43,720 nucleotides of DNA from NCBI GenBank assembly GCA_032718475.1, contig JAUCBJ010000845.1:1-43720 (forward strand), written 5' to 3'. Position 1 is the first letter of the stretch. Every line of letters starts with the position of its first letter. A model generated the notes under the pieces. That model was not told the DNA's origin. It did not search any database and saw only the letters and a list, made by a program, of their open reading frames with translations. The translations under genes were made by a program, and so were the position numbers. The DNA is from Nemertoderma westbladi. Lineage: Eukaryota > Animalia > Xenacoelomorpha. Below, piece after piece: positions 24,559 to 36,915 of the stretch.

Positions 24559-27500
24559 TCAAGAAGAAGAATCTTCATCTTCCGCTGTCGTATTCCCCTG
24601 AGAAATACGCGAACTTTCCGACGTAGTACCTCGAGGACTATCGGCTATCTGCCGACTTTGTCGGTTCTTCAGACGTCGTCGCCCTCTTGCGGATGAGTCG
24701 GACGTTAACCCCGCGTCGCTATCATCCGGGGCCGACATTAACTTGAGTTCTCCGTCGCGGGATTCCAACGCGTGGGTCGTCCGAGATCGTTGCGTTGACG
24801 ACATGTCCGTCGCATCCGCTCTAACTTGCGCCACATAGTTAGCGGGAAAATACCCTTGATTGCCACGCAGTTCGCCCATCCACCAAGAATCTGTATCCTT
24901 GTAGAGCACAGTAATTATATCTCCCTTCTTGAAAGCTATCTCATCAGATCGTTCCGGGGTGTACGCATACAAGGCAGTCACCTGACTCTTTTTCGCTCCG
25001 GGCGCGGTAACAAAGAACTTGGATTTCCCACTGTGCGGTACCGTGAGGGACATGTGCGTAGCTGTGGAAGAGAGCGCGTAACTAGACGATGTTTGAACTC
25101 CTGTCAAGGAACTCGCAGCTAATGGAGGTAATCGGTCAGTTGAGGTTAGTTTGAAGTTCGACTTGTACGAATCACCAAGGCCGATATCTCCAGACAGAGA
25201 TGCCATACCCTGCAGTCGGTTGCTAGAAACAGCACCTCGACTGGGCGTCAATGATCCATGCCGTGGTGACGTCATATCCACCGTATCAGCACCAAATGTT
25301 GCATGGGGTTTCTTCATTGCTCCAATTGGTGGTAATTGAATGTCGTAGTTGTAGATTAGTATCGGACTGTTGGGGCCGTAGCTGCAAAATGCAACAATAT
25401 TATCTTTTGGATGAAATAACGCGTGAACAATAGTTTGTTTAAAACCCAAGTTAGTGTAAACCCCGCTAACCTGCCCTGAGTCAGTGTTGTATACGTGGAC
25501 AGTAGCATCCTCACTGCCAGTGTAAATGTATTTTCCGCACGGAGTTATTGAACTCCTTACAAACTCTCGGAAATTAGTGTGATTCACAAACCGTTGCATA
25601 ATCAAATGCTTATGGCCATCCATAACTCTGAGAACATTGTCTTTGCAATGAATTAAAAGACGACACTTTAGTGGAAACATTTGAATGTGATTAATAGGAG
25701 TACCTCTGAGCTCGTCTTCATCTATTGTAAGAATTAGCTCAAAGGAGAGTTCATTGTCTGGTACGTTGTCGGCGATTGATAAACAATGGTGGACCAGTAT
25801 AATGCCAGACAAACCAGCTGAATATATGAAATTCCTCTCCTTATCAATAACAACTGAATTTATGTAACCATTATGGCCAGGTAGTTCACAAAGTAAGTTG
25901 ACCTGATCTGATCCTGGAAGGTGGCTCCAAATTCGAATCATTGGATCATATCCACCGGATACCAAAACACTCTCTCTCCCGGGGTACATGGAAACCGTAT
26001 AGACGTAACTGGGATGTGGGAATACACACAACTGTTTACGAGTAGCTAATTTCCATAACCTCACGGTTCCGTCAGCAGATGCAGTTGCTAATTCGTTACC
26101 GGAACTAGACCAGGACATGTCATAAACTAATCCAAAGTGTCCTTTCAATTCTCCCAATAAGGTCCCGGAAGGAATGGAATATAGCAATATTGGAAAATCG
26201 TTGTGTCCTAGGCAGGCGCAGGCGAGTATACGACCATCCTCGCTGAATGATAATGACTCGCAACCGAACCGGTTGGGAGTCAGGGAAATAGAGAGCTTAT
26301 TGGGCATCCGGCATGACTGGGAGGGCAGACGGCCCCACACAGTGGAATCCTTGAGAGAATCACCGAGAGCCAATGTAGACCCTTGTTTACTAACGCCATC
26401 TTCATCCTCAGACTTTTCCATAAATTTGGATCCAAGGTAACCGGGTTGAGGGGTAATAGGTCGCACTGTAACATACAGGGTAGACGGGTAACGGAAGCGT
26501 GTTTGATCGTGGTACCATTGATACAGATCCAATGTACCAGAAGAACCTTTAACTCGGCCAGACGGGTGATACAATTGTAATCTGACCTTCTTATCGACAT
26601 TAAATGTGTGATTGGAAGCTGAGAGCTTAAGGAATGCCCATGCAACTCGCTCCTCTTTGGTGTTAGTACCATGGTTCCCACCAAGAATCTCAAAGAATAA
26701 TCCTGTATTTGCATTACATCCTGGTGGAATAAAATTATCGAATCGTTCGTTAAAGATAATAACCTCCTCCCATTGTGGCAAAACTGACCTGGACATAGCG
26801 AGGTCACACAGTTGTGTAGATAGTGGCGCTATGGTATCAGTCGAATTGTCGCTGTTATCATGTTTACTGTAGCGAATGTATGTCCCATCATCCAGGTTAA
26901 TAACACTGCATCGGACATAACAGAACTGGGTAAATAAATTGAGTTTAAGAACATCTACGCGGTGGACGCAGATAGATAGAAGTTTATCTCCATGATTAAC
27001 AACTTTAGATTCAGTTTGAGAAACATCATGAACATCCTCTGATAAAGGAATATCTCTGTCATTACTTCTTGATTTCGACCTTCTGCCCTTCACTTTCTTA
27101 TCATTATCTCGACTATGCAACCTATTTTCTCTACTTCCTGATCTGTCCTTATCTCGACTCCGAAATCGACGCTTTGTTTTACTCTTACTTTTATCTGAAT
27201 CATCTTTGTCGTCTACCTCATCACCTTTGATATCATCTTCTAAGTTTTTCTTGTCCTTCTTCTTAGACCTACTCTTACTTCCTATCTTTCGAGATGGTTC
27301 ATTATATTGGCTATCATTATCCTCATTATCCTCATTACCAACATTATCTTCTTCCACTCTCTTCTGTTTTCTTCTCCCCTTTTTCTTTACCTTTTGTTTC
27401 TTACTTTCATTCACCTCATCTTCCACAATTACTTTAGTTTCTTCCTGTTCATCCTGGCGATACGTTTTGCCAGGATCTTCTTCATTCTGTTTGAAAGTTT

Positions 27501-27918
27501 GGAGTTCCACATCGTCATTCTTAGCACCCCTCTTTCCCGATCGTTTCCCTTTAAATGAAATCTTCTGTGGGGCTTCTTCGTCTTCATTAAATGCAGTATT
27601 TACTTGACCACCTTCATTGGAATTCATAAGGTTCTTATCGAGAGTGGAGTCTCTGCTTTTAGAAATAACGTCACTTCGCCTTATATCTTCTAACAATTCC
27701 TTGTCTGATTTATGTTTTTGCCTCCTGTGTTTCGTTCCTTTCTCTGATTGGATAACTGCATCTCTAAGAATATCGTCTATCTGTGGAGATTTACCTCGTC
27801 GAGATGAGCTGTTAGATATGGGTTCGTCGTCTACAACAACATCTGCTGTCGTCGACATATCCAACTGGGTCCTTTTCATACGCAGCTTCTTCCTCAACTC
27901 TTCTCGACTCTGCGACAT
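24559..27918 (-). CDS. AHI1: Jouberin (ciliary transition-zone protein): charged N-terminus, C2-like region, WD40 repeats, SH3; 1119 aa, single ORF
   Basis: PQWEEVIIFNE and VAWAFLKL...KVRLQLY...YPSTLYVTV motifs. WD40 repeats (GHFGLVYDMSWS, LATASADGTVRLW, HPSYVYT, SGGYDPMIRIW). SH3 domain ALYAYTPERSDEIAF...WWMGE...GYFPANYV. First ATG is at 27918. Confidence 0.93.
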   Translation of the reverse strand: MSQSREELRKKLRMKRTQLDMSTTADVVVDDEPISNSSSRRGKSPQIDDILRDAVIQSEKGTKHRRQKHKSDKELLEDIRRSDVISKSRDSTLDKNLMNSNEGGQVNTAFNEDEEAPQKISFKGKRSGKRGAKNDDVELQTFKQNEEDPGKTYRQDEQEETKVIVEDEVNESKKQKVKKKGRRKQKRVEEDNVGNEDNEDNDSQYNEPSRKIGSKSRSKKKDKKNLEDDIKGDEVDDKDDSDKSKSKTKRRFRSRDKDRSGSRENRLHSRDNDKKVKGRRSKSRSNDRDIPLSEDVHDVSQTESKVVNHGDKLLSICVHRVDVLKLNLFTQFCYVRCSVINLDDGTYIRYSKHDNSDNSTDTIAPLSTQLCDLAMSRSVLPQWEEVIIFNERFDNFIPPGCNANTGLFFEILGGNHGTNTKEERVAWAFLKLSASNHTFNVDKKVRLQLYHPSGRVKGSSGTLDLYQWYHDQTRFRYPSTLYVTVRPITPQPGYLGSKFMEKSEDEDGVSKQGSTLALGDSLKDSTVWGRLPSQSCRMPNKLSISLTPNRFGCESLSFSEDGRILACACLGHNDFPILLYSIPSGTLLGELKGHFGLVYDMSWSSSGNELATASADGTVRLWKLATRKQLCVFPHPSYVYTVSMYPGRESVLVSGGYDPMIRIWSHLPGSDQVNLLCELPGHNGYINSVVIDKERNFIYSAGLSGIILVHHCLSIADNVPDNELSFELILTIDEDELRGTPINHIQMFPLKCRLLIHCKDNVLRVMDGHKHLIMQRFVNHTNFREFVRSSITPCGKYIYTGSEDATVHVYNTDSGQVSGVYTNLGFKQTIVHALFHPKDNIVAFCSYGPNSPILIYNYDIQLPPIGAMKKPHATFGADTVDMTSPRHGSLTPSRGAVSSNRLQGMASLSGDIGLGDSYKSNFKLTSTDRLPPLAASSLTGVQTSSSYALSSTATHMSLTVPHSGKSKFFVTAPGAKKSQVTALYAYTPERSDEIAFKKGDIITVLYKDTDSWWMGELRGNQGYFPANYVAQVRADATDMSSTQRSRTTHALESRDGELKLMSAPDDSDAGLTSDSSARGRRRLKNRQSRQIADSPRGTTSESSRISQGNTTAEDEDSSS

Positions 27919-28611
27919 TATTATTGCCTGTGAATTAGCGCAATTCCACACTTGGTTTTAATTCATCAATTAATAATTAAATTGTTGACTCATTTAATCA
28001 AATTTAAGTTAGTTGGCGGCCCAAATTAGAATCCGTACATAAGTAATTATGTATTACTTAAAACAAAGCAGTTTAGTAAATATAAGATACTGGGATACAT
28101 ATAAAATATAATATAAGTTATGTACAGCAATGACATTACTTTAAATTTTGTTATTATCAATCTAATCCATGTATTCATTCAATCTAAGTATTATTTTAAT
28201 TTTGTTATATTATATTATATTAATGTAAATCAGATACACAAATTTATACCGACAATATTAAGTATAGGATCACATTCAACCCACTTCAGATATCAAACAA
28301 AACATAATGCAATGGGTGGGTATTCATACAAACAGTAATTGTAGAACCAATTACAATATATATACTTGTACGTGTATGAAAAGTACTTTGCAACATGTAT
28401 GATTTGTAGTAATATTCCAAAAGAGTCAATTACGATACGGCCCCTGTTGAAAAATGTATATATAAAACATTTTGTTGTTAAACAAAGTGTTATATTGGTT
28501 GTGCAATTTCTATATTGAAGAAGCATCAAAGCAGAACATCAGTCAAACTAATTTTAACAGACATAACAGCAGTTCGTATCAATTTTCAATTTTTATAGCT
28601 TCACAATCAAT

Positions 28612-28652
28612 GGGTGTAAACGCTAAACCGACAGCCGACAACCAAAGCCGAC
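28612..28652 (+). mobile_element. Solo degenerate terminus of the MITE family at 23882
   Basis: gggtgtaaacgctaaaccgacagccgacaacc resembles the TIR at 23882. No partner TIR was found. Confidence 0.65.
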
Positions 28653-29271
28653 TAATTACTGTCAATCATCAGTTGAGGCAAAGGAACATTTCAACTGGAA
28701 ACACTCGATTTTGTAACTTCATTCATACAGAGGTTTACATTATATTATATATTTTGTTCATATTATTATATTTCAATATATAAGTTCAACATTTTATATA
28801 CTAACAGTAACACGATTCATCATCACAATTATTAACTAGCGATAACCTTTTTAGATATATATTGTGCGTGATAAAAAGATCAGTAATTGTATTACTATCT
28901 GTATCTAATTCTGTGTCATAAATAGATTATAAATTGAGGAATAAGTTTCCAATTAAATACCACAACTTAGTGTTATTTAAACAATTACGTATAGAGAGAG
29001 CTAACTCGCTAAGTCGTAATCAAAGTCAATAAAATGAATTAAATATGTATGAATTATGCTTCTTTAGTTTATTTATAACAAATTCACACTTATAAATAAT
29101 ATAAACAACAAAATATTGCCATCAGATGATTGAATTATATATATTTTACTGTTCCGCATCTGTATATAAAATTACTAATATGGAATACTATAATGGTTTG
29201 GTTGTGGAATATAATAAGAATATAAATTTCAGAAATTTATAAAATATTGCTGGTTAACAGATACAGTATTA

Positions 29272-29841
29272 TTACGCCATTGTTTTTAGCATCTCAATTT
29301 TCTCCTTGTATTGTTTATAGTACGCCGTACTGAGATAAAGGAACGGCTCAACTACATTCAGTGAATCTTTAGCCGAACATTCGCAGTAATAGAGTTTCTT
29401 CGAGTTGGCGAACTCCCTGGCTTCCTCCTCGCCGATAATCCGACGATTGGCGACGTCCAACTTGGAGCCAACCAGGACGGTGGGAACCACCATGTCACCG
29501 CCACCCACCAGCTCCTTGGCGCGTTCCAACCATTTAGAACAGCTGTTGAAGGACGATTCGTTGGCGATGTCGAACACAATCATTATCATCGAGACGTTGT
29601 CGCAAAACTTCTGAACGAACTGGTAGAGAGATTCTTTGCCGGCGCAGTCGTAGATGTACAACTCCATAGAGTCGGGAGTGTCCGGAAGGTTTATATTTTT
29701 CACCATAATGTCGCAAGAGGGCGTGAGACTGTAATTCTTGGGGAATTGAGTGCCGTCGCTTTGGAATGCTTGGAGTAAAGCACTCTTACCGGTACAAGAG
29801 TCTCCCAGAATTAAACATTTACCGTGAATTATGGTCGGCAT
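29272..29841 (-). CDS. IFT27: Intraflagellar transport protein 27 (Rab-like small GTPase RABL4), 189 aa, intronless
   Basis: KCLILGDSCTGKSALLQAFQSDGTQFPKNYSLT N-terminus, G3 DCAGKE, G4 GSKLD, G5 CSAK, and no C-terminal prenylation cysteines. ATG is at 29841. Confidence 0.92.
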   Translation of the reverse strand: MPTIIHGKCLILGDSCTGKSALLQAFQSDGTQFPKNYSLTPSCDIMVKNINLPDTPDSMELYIYDCAGKESLYQFVQKFCDNVSMIMIVFDIANESSFNSCSKWLERAKELVGGGDMVVPTVLVGSKLDVANRRIIGEEEAREFANSKKLYYCECSAKDSLNVVEPFLYLSTAYYKQYKEKIEMLKTMA

Positions 29842-31622
29842 TGTGTTTGGATACCCAACTATTAAAAACAACACGTTTCGTTTTTATTTTTAAAACGAGC
29901 GCTGAGTCTGAGATTTGTCAGTAATACCGGTACCATGTATTTACAGGTACGGTGTCTACTTTACTATTACTCGATTAATGTATGCTACAGTAGTAATCAC
30001 ATTTATTCAAAAAAGAAATCAATACAATAGCCTTTAAGATAACAAAATCCTCTCATATGTAATATACCACAAATTCCAACCCAACGTATTTTACCCACAC
30101 CTACTAAGTGCGAAGTAAAACTAGACTACTTTACTGTAATCCTTTCGGTACCAGTACCGGTAGGCCTAGTCTGTTAACTGTTGTGTATTATCTCGCTGAA
30201 TAATAGGCCTACAGTGTTATTGACAGAGTTGCCATGGTAACCTTCAAAACAATGTTTACGCCATCTAGAGGTTGTTATTAAAAGGCCTGGGAAGTATAAT
30301 AAAATATGCAAAACCATGCATCATTCGATCACCCACATCTCAGCTATTTTTTTTAACAAAATTCAAATTGTATTACATATTTGGAATTCTTGCATGGTCA
30401 GCTTTCCATCAATACCAAAAATCACGATAAGAGGTTGAAGAATAACTGCGGTATAACTGGAGCAATATTGGGTAATGTGCACTTTCAGGTACTACATAAC
30501 AGGGCATTTTTTCTCCAGAAAAGGCCTCTGTGGGAAAATACTTAGAATTTTTTTACAATTTCGTTAGTGCCCGGTGTCTGTGAGAATAGACTCTGACATT
30601 TTTGTTAGTTTTTCCGATTTCCTGGGGGGAAAATTTGGGAAAAATATTCAGGAAAAAATTACTTAAAAAAATTGTTTTAAGTAAGTATTTAAGTATTAAG
30701 TATTCTACCGCCCCCACACTTATTAAAATGCCTATTTTTCCAGTCCCCCATTCCATGGCGGGCTTGCTCGGACTGGTAATCAGTACACTACCCAACTGTT
30801 ACAGTATATGCCCCTACTTCTCGAGCAATGTAAGGACAAGCAGTGTAAGGAGCCAGACCAATAAGTCAGATTCCATATTGTTTATTTCACAAAATGATTG
30901 GCTGAGTATTTAATGGTGATTCTAGAATATTAGCTAAATAATTTTGTTGAGGCATTGACATATCGTTTCACTAACTTTAGTGTATTGGTTACATTGAATT
31001 CACATCCCACGGAGGTCGTGGGTTTGAAGGGTCTAGCCAGGGCGTACCTCTTCCTTGCATCATCCATATACTGTATGGTAGCCAATTGAGTACTGGAGTT
31101 TCCTCTGGGAGTATAGTTCTGGGGGGACCGCACTGGAAATATGTCGTCAGATTTTATGCGTAATCCCTGGCCTAACACCCGAAGAGAATTTACTTTTACT
31201 TAACCTTTTAAACTGGTAAATTAATATTTCAGTATCAATACTATCGACATAAGGAAAGTTTTAATATTTCTGACAAATTGAGTCGCCTCCACGCCTAAAA
31301 TATATTACTTTTATAACATAAATTTTCTGTTAATTCCTCTGCCTTTCATCAATCCACTGGGCGCCTTTCGGTTGGGGTGTTGCAGATTAAAATGCGGGTT
31401 GAAAGGAAAGGAACTTTCCCTCGTATTTGACTTATTGGCGGTTTGGTTAAATTTCTTAAATACCGATTTTGTGATAGAATAGCTTAATTTTAATTTGTAT
31501 CACATAACTGAGCCTGAGTATCTTAATATGCAAACATATTAGTTTACCGGACGCAATTCTTGCAATACGCAAGTAAAAGTTATACATTGGCGTCGTGGTT
31601 TACTCGGACGGGACTTTACTTA

Positions 31623-31802
31623 TTCGAAATTAATCCCTTGCAAGGGAAAATCGACTAAGATAACAGCTGATTACTCCCAAAAATAAAACTGTAGGACTAA
31701 CCTGTTGTATGCACTTTAAACGTAGCACTGTAACCTGTTCCTTTCCCTAAATTAATTATTAATTTAACATTGAGCCGAGAATTAATCTTAATTCGCCGAG
31801 AT
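31623..31802 (-). repeat. Dispersed repeat family A, inverted copy
   Basis: Its reverse complement aligns with 40026-40221 (taacagctg, aaaataaaactgta, tgtaacctgttcctttccctaaatt, aatttaacattgag, ttaattcgccgagat). Confidence 0.75.
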
Positions 31803-33898
31803 TTACGTACACTTACTGTATCTCCCTCTGTCTCGGTTTACTATGTTGCCTTGTATTCACGTATCTGGCACCAGAGGCCGGAAATCTTCACGTGGCCCGC
31901 TAGGGGACCTGGGATGTTTGAATTTCTACAGGAATACTTTACAGGACTAGCCAGGAGGGGGGGGGGGGGGGGGGGGCACATTACAGTAGTAGGCCTACTG
32001 AACCCCCCTAACCCTAAGTAATAATGAGGTTTTATACTCTAATAAATTTCGTGGAATTTCGGACATCTTCTGTGTCCGTGGGCCAATAGCAATCCTGAAT
32101 TCCTTTACATTTATTAGATTAGAGCCTCATGACTTATCATCTACAGTAGGGATAGGGTTTTAGGCCTATAACTGCTTTAATTTTGGGTTGTACACGACCA
32201 ACATTATCTGATTTGGCATTTGGATTGTATACATTTCATATTACTGCTGGTTTCGTGAATATAGAATATTATACAACGTTTGCACTTTTACAGTTTACAT
32301 TAAATAAATGTATCATAAATTAATTACTGTAGAAATGTATCTACTGTACCATAGCAATATCCCATAGAGTGTGTATTGTGTTGATGGAAGGATATGTGAG
32401 GGTTGGCCTACAGTATACTGAACTTATGTAATTGATCGCGCAGTAAAACAATACATAACGGTTTGCTTATAACATCCTACTCTTTATAAATTATTATTCT
32501 CGCACACCCATCGGGTGGTCTGTAACGTGATATTGATTTTACCGTATATACTGTAGCTTACATGAATTGTACGTAATTACATACGTGCAAAGCAATATAC
32601 AGTATTACAACAGGAAAAATTAATTTATAACACTTCACTGCACATCTGTAGTGTTAACTTTTAAACTGTAATTGTTAGCCTACATATTAATACTGTAATT
32701 ATTGGGTTTAACGAGTTGAAGTTCCGAATAGATAGTGTATTTTACTTTTTTGAAGTGATAGTTCGTTCGAGAATAGAAGTAAAGTGTGTAAAGTGATAGG
32801 TCAAAGAGTGAAACACGAAACACCGGAGACACCCCGAGCTTTGCTGTATCCTATAAGGCAGGAATGGTGCCACACTAACTTCCAAGGGTTTAAATACACC
32901 ATAACTATCCAACCATTTCTTTACTCGCCCAACAGAAGTCAGGATCTCATTTTCCGCTGGGTAATACAGTAGTACCGGTAAAAAGTAACAATATGTGATA
33001 CTGAATGCAGTAGAAAACTTTAACCCCAGGACTAACGTGTTTAGCCCATTATCTGGGGGGGGGGGGGGGGGGGGGGGTGTGCTTATTCCGCCCACCAAAT
33101 TAATTTGTGTATAGTAGCAGAAGGTGATCTTTTTTTGAGTATCAAAATTTGGCGCGGCACACAAAACATTTAAATTTTATACTTTCAAAAGTGATTTTGT
33201 AACATTCAATGTCTTGGATAACCCAAAGATGGAATGAAAATAAAATCAACATTTAGGAATATTTTTGAAAACATAACAAATTTCATTTGTGGTGCAAGCC
33301 CTATTTTTGGCTGATTACAAAAATAAAAGTTTTAAATTTAATTCGGTGGAACAAAAAACCTACAGATCTGCGTTGAAAACCAAGAAAGAAAGATAAATTA
33401 AATATGAAGGGCAACCATGGGAGATTTATACAGTAGGCGTACTGTAGTTTTTTTCCCAGATTAAAAACTTCTCGGTGGCCCCCAAAAACGTAGCCAATTT
33501 CCCTATTTTTCCGCTTGTTTTTCTGCCGTGGGTTTTTCTGGTGTGATTTTTCTTCCGTGGGGTTTCTCTGTAGTGGGTTTTTTCAGTCGCTTTCATTTTG
33601 CAGCATATTCAATATTCATATATTTCATACAATAACTTTGTCACCTTTCCTTTTCCTTTCTTTACTTGGCCCATATTATACAGTATGTTGTCCGGGGTGG
33701 GATTAAAACCTTATATTGAGAGAGTGTATTTTTTTAAGAAGTTATTTTTAGCCTTTTATTTCTGTCACTCCTAGACACTTTCGTTGTTATATTTATTGAA
33801 TAATTTATATCATATCGTTGCGTTTTTGGTCTATCAGTGTTTGAATTCGCTTGAGTTGTTTTCTACATAACGCACCCAAGCCATTCGTTAAATCCAAA

Positions 33899-34609
33899 AT
33901 GTTCCGGAAAAAATCCAAGGCGTTAGTTATTACCACTTGTTACATCCTGATACAAGTAACCCAAGGTAATTGCGACAATTACACTTGTACCGATAGTATA
34001 TCGTACATTTTCACTTCCCACAACAAGGAGCTGCAACAAAAATGGGAAGGCAAGATAGCAACCCTGCTAAAAAGCAACAGAATGGAAGACGCTCTGGATT
34101 GGACGACAACACACCACGATTGCAAAGGATGTTTACGATTGGACATGAGGGTCATCTCTAATGATGAGAAGGATATCAATAGTGAACTAATGTTTGAACT
34201 CAAAATGGAGATTTGCGCTAAGGATTCCAACAACTATCTGCCTTGTCTTGATCTCGATAAAGAGCGATGTGTTCTCCTAATTGAAACATTTGAAGCTCAA
34301 GCCGAACACCTAAAGGACGACGATAATTCGCGAATATATTTCGCGATTAGAAATCACCTTGAAACTGGATTAACGGTGAAATACGATTCCTGCCAAACGC
34401 AATGTTGTAATTCCCAGTGTCTGACCATCGCTTACCCTTGGGATATAGGGTTAGCTACGACAACAGTCGCTCCGACCAGCTCAGGGGATGAAGTTAACGT
34501 CACCCCAAATGGTTCGGACATCGTCTCCCTAGAGATAGGACGGTTGTGGTTGGCTATTCTAATCGGGTCACTTCAGTTGTTGGACTATTTTAGAAACATT
34601 AAGGAATGA
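33899..34609 (+). CDS. Unknown Cys-rich secreted or cell-surface protein, 236 aa (signal-peptide-like start, Ser/Thr stalk, hydrophobic C-terminus)
   Basis: A long ORF in AT-rich DNA: MFRKKSKALVITTCYILIQVTQG, about 11 further cysteines ending CQTQCCNSQC, then TTTVAPTSS and LWLAILIGSLQLL. Confidence 0.7.
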   Translation: MFRKKSKALVITTCYILIQVTQGNCDNYTCTDSISYIFTSHNKELQQKWEGKIATLLKSNRMEDALDWTTTHHDCKGCLRLDMRVISNDEKDINSELMFELKMEICAKDSNNYLPCLDLDKERCVLLIETFEAQAEHLKDDDNSRIYFAIRNHLETGLTVKYDSCQTQCCNSQCLTIAYPWDIGLATTTVAPTSSGDEVNVTPNGSDIVSLEIGRLWLAILIGSLQLLDYFRNIKE

Positions 34610-35836
34610 CCGAGAACTGAACTACAGTATAATAGCCTCTCACTCCACACACTGTAAACGGGACGCCCATACATACTGTATTTATGTGAGCACCGTATGT
34701 TACATAGGTTAAATGATGATACAGTATCAGCTGCATATTATACTTTACTTTCGTGATAATAATAAATAATTATCATATCCATTAAATGTTTCAAGTTAAC
34801 AAATTGGCAACGGGCTTTTACTGTATCAGAAATAGCTTCCCACCGCACGTATCAATTTTGACTCAATGATTCTGGATGTTGTGTAATTTAACAAAATGTT
34901 AAATCACTGCTTAAATTATAAATAGGAAAAAAATAACCAATTTCTAAACCATGGTGTCAAATTAATTCATTGAATTTGCTTAAACCTGCTCCCAAAGGGC
35001 GGGGCGGGCGGGATAATAACTAATAATTCGAAAAAATTAAACTGTACAATGTGCTTTTGACATTCGTATATTGTTCTGGTTAGAATAATGTGCCAATGCT
35101 TGGGGTGAATCGACCCGCACCCTAAATAAAGTTAAAAAATCTTAAGAGAAATGGAGGTTCTATGTCATTCAGACAACTTTTGTTAGGATAGTTTAAAAAT
35201 ATTCATTAGGGCCTGCTGAGTGGCACAAGTTTTAAATTGTCCAGTTTCACCGAGTAACCAATTTTACTGGTTTTCGAAATTTAGTCAACTCTGTATATTG
35301 ATTGTAGAACAAAACATGCACAAATTAGTATTCTAGACTCATTCAAGACACATTAAGGGGGGGGGGGGGGGGGGGGGGGGTTCATAATTTTCGGAAAACT
35401 CTTCGATTTATCGCTCTCAGCGTTTCAATATTGTTTGGTTTTGGCTATAATTTGGAATATGGGTAACTAAGAAGCTACAGTATTCTACATGACAGGTGAG
35501 AAAAAATTTATGTTTCTTCTATTTAATATTAGTTAATACTAGTCAACAATAAAAACGCACTTAAAAGCGCTTAAAACCCTAAGGCTTTTACAGTTTTGAA
35601 TCTCAATCACATGAAAGTTTTTTTATGTGATAGATCAAAAATGGGGCAACATAACTATCAGGCGAAATTTTGTGAAAATAATTATGCACCGCTAAGTGGC
35701 GCTGCAAATTTATGCTAATTTTTTTAGGTTTGTTATAAATAATAGTATTAAATTTTATTAACAAAAAATTTCAAAAAGTTTTTTGATACTTTTAAGCAGG
35801 GTGGCTATGTAGACATCCACAGAAATTGTCAGACCG

Positions 35837-36120
35837 CTAGAGAAGGAGGTGCATAAGTAAGGGTACTTTGGTACAAAGGTGTGTGTAAAGCCGTTGGATA
35901 GGTAGAATACGTAGTGATTGATAAAAAGGTGCAGAGGAGGCCTGGAAATGAGAGGTACATCTTATAATTTTGTATATTTTAATCCGTAGTGGTTTAATAG
36001 TAGTGGTATTGGAGCTGCCCCATAGAAGAATGCCATAGAGAACGTAGGGATGGACCAAGGTATAATTAAGTATAGTTGTCGTGGCGTAGTCTATAAACTA
36101 TTCCAGCTGTTCTAGAAAAT
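35837..36120 (-). mobile_element. Degenerate non-LTR retrotransposon fragment (region C-terminal to the RT core, CR1/L2/jockey-like)
   Basis: VHPYVLYGILLWGSS...KIIRC...SSAPFYQSLRILPI matches the typical post-RT motif. An upstream frameshifted piece reads SRTAGIVYRLR. Confidence 0.75.
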
Positions 36121-36915
36121 TTTTTAGGATATAAGAATGGGTGTACTATCGGAAATAATAACACAGTATTATAAGAATAAATCACATGCGTCAGGTGATT
36201 TGGGTGTATTCAAAGTGTCATATCTTTAAAACAGCCTGCCGATTGTAGAATTTTGCATTAGAATAAATATAAAATTTTGGAAAACAGTTAGATTTTTGGC
36301 CTACGGGTGCCAAGTTATTGTTTGTTTGACTTACTAATAGGCAATATCGATGGACATGGTAGTCATTTTTACACGTCGCTGTCGAATGAAATTATTGCTA
36401 TATATATAATTACAGCATTATTGCACAATAATGTAATTCTTTACTAAATATGTCTATGTGACTATTCGTCAACAGTTATATTACATTATGATACTGGTAC
36501 TCGAGGTAAGCGGTGCCACCGTCAGCAAAAAAATAAAAAAAGCTGGTCATCATAGCTCAACAGACGCCGAAATTAACCGCCGATAAACACCGACAGCTAA
36601 CAGCCGACATATTTTACTTATCTATACTTCACACATTTATAGTGACGGTTTCATAAAGTAAGTATCGCAAATTTGTTTCGTACGTTACTGCAGAAGAATC
36701 CATGCAGGTTTTTCCATTTATAATTATTATTTATCACTGAGATACGAGTTATTGAGTTTTAACACCGAGATTAGTGGATAAGTAAAAAATAGAATCCAAA
36801 GATGTCGTATGCAAAAATAAATTAAAACAATTCCACATGCAGAACAGGTAGTGAATGACACTGTTAGATAAATATTTGTCACATATGTTCGTAGACAAAA
36901 TTCGTGTCAATAAAA

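Noticed and set aside
24826-27961. Short ORFs overlapping AHI1 (likewise those over IFT27, BCAS2 and ORF1)
   Set aside because: They are antisense or alternate-frame shadows of real CDSs.
30780-31180. Coding-like stretch with an 82-aa ORF
   Set aside because: It may be a decayed gene or transposon, but no family was recognised and nearby frames contain stops.
30280-35800. Probable additional transposon remnants (30280-30760, 35350-35800) and poly-G tracts (31957, 33055, 35357)
   Set aside because: No paired termini or TSDs could be established by eye.
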